A stretch of DNA of 64,000 bases from assembly GCF_021028975.2 (NCBI RefSeq), contig NC_059426.1, forward strand, positions 139,934,001 to 139,998,000, written 5' to 3'. The translations under genes and the position numbers were made by a program. Shown piece after piece: positions 63,201-64,000 of the stretch. Source of the DNA: Sphaerodactylus townsendi. Its lineage: Eukaryota. The notes beneath the pieces were generated by a model. The model ran no database searches. It was not told the DNA's origin and was given only the letters and a program-made list of their open reading frames with translations. The stretch's first letter is position 1, and each line of letters begins with the position of its first letter.

Positions 63201-64000
63201 CATTCAGTAGATTGCTCAGCAAATATGCAAACTACTTTTTGTACGTGCAAAAACAAATAAAATGGTATTTAAACTCAAATATTTGATACTACTTTTTGAA
63301 TGTTTTTTCAAGTGAATAAAACAACAAACAACTAAAAGCGTAGCTAAACATTGACAGCAGCCTAACTCCCGAGCCCTTTAAAAAGAAACCGTCAGCCATT
63401 TACTTTCAACTGCCAAGGCTTTTGTTAGCAAAGGCATCTAAAGTTATGCCATGGAATTTTCTTTATGACTTTATACCTTGCAAGGGAAACAGTAGTGTGA
63501 ATATACCAGAAACAGCAAGAATGTACTTAACGAAGCCATATCTTCATTTTTTTAATGATGTACAATTTTTTTAAAAAAGAATTGCAGATGGAGCTCTAGT
63601 TCTAATTAAGTGCGAATTTTAACAGCTAATGGTTAAAGGAAATTTATTTGCCAGCAGTGGGCAGTATGATGAAGTATCTCAGAGTCATTGCTGGCCCTTT
63701 GCCATTTACACCTTCTGGACAGGAATGTTAACACGAGAGAAGCTTGGCAGCTGAAACTAGGTAACTGAGGAAGGGACGACTAGCTTTCTCTTTCCCTTTT
63801 TGGGGGGAGGCAAAGTAATGAATTTTTTTTACTTTTAATAGGGTCTTTAAATGTTTTTACATAGGTGTGTTTCCTTCTGCAGCGTGTGGCTTTTTTTTAC
63901 TGGTAATTAAGGTATAATGCAGTCAAAGACATGAACCTGTAGAATCTGTTGTCAAAAGAAAAACAATTGTTTCATGGCCGGTGTGGCGCTGTCTGTTTAA

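Overview
Vertebrate genomic DNA, not prokaryotic. The repeat content (tRNA-derived SINEs with an L2-type tail, many hAT/Harbinger/Tc-mariner MITEs, Penelope and CR1 relics) suggests a squamate, probably a gecko; this is inference. The window holds the 5' two-thirds of MIPOL1 (mirror-image polydactyly 1) on the + strand. Its exons are 7145-7224 (MKDWSK start), 24601-24820, 29607-29739, 31714-31819, 53837-53966, a 34-nt-type micro-exon seen only as a damaged copy at 58858-58894, and 57727-57897 (with a damaged duplicate at 59183-59352). A probable upstream exon lies at 6135-6293. Most ORFs in the supplied track are spurious products of N gaps, GC-rich MITEs or palindromic arrays. The introns contain many non-autonomous DNA transposons with verifiable TIRs/TSDs, a decayed Ty1/copia element with a half-tRNA-iMet primer-binding site, eight N gaps and several repeat-free blocks that look like conserved non-coding elements. 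I found no intact novel protein system. The best leads are the 5' architecture of MIPOL1 (in-frame N-terminal extension versus a uORF whose stop overlaps the start codon, depending on the splice donor used), the copia relic, fold-back arrays inside DNA transposons, and a 1.46-kb exon duplication that is probably an assembly artefact. Homology statements rest on my recollection of the families, not on a search.
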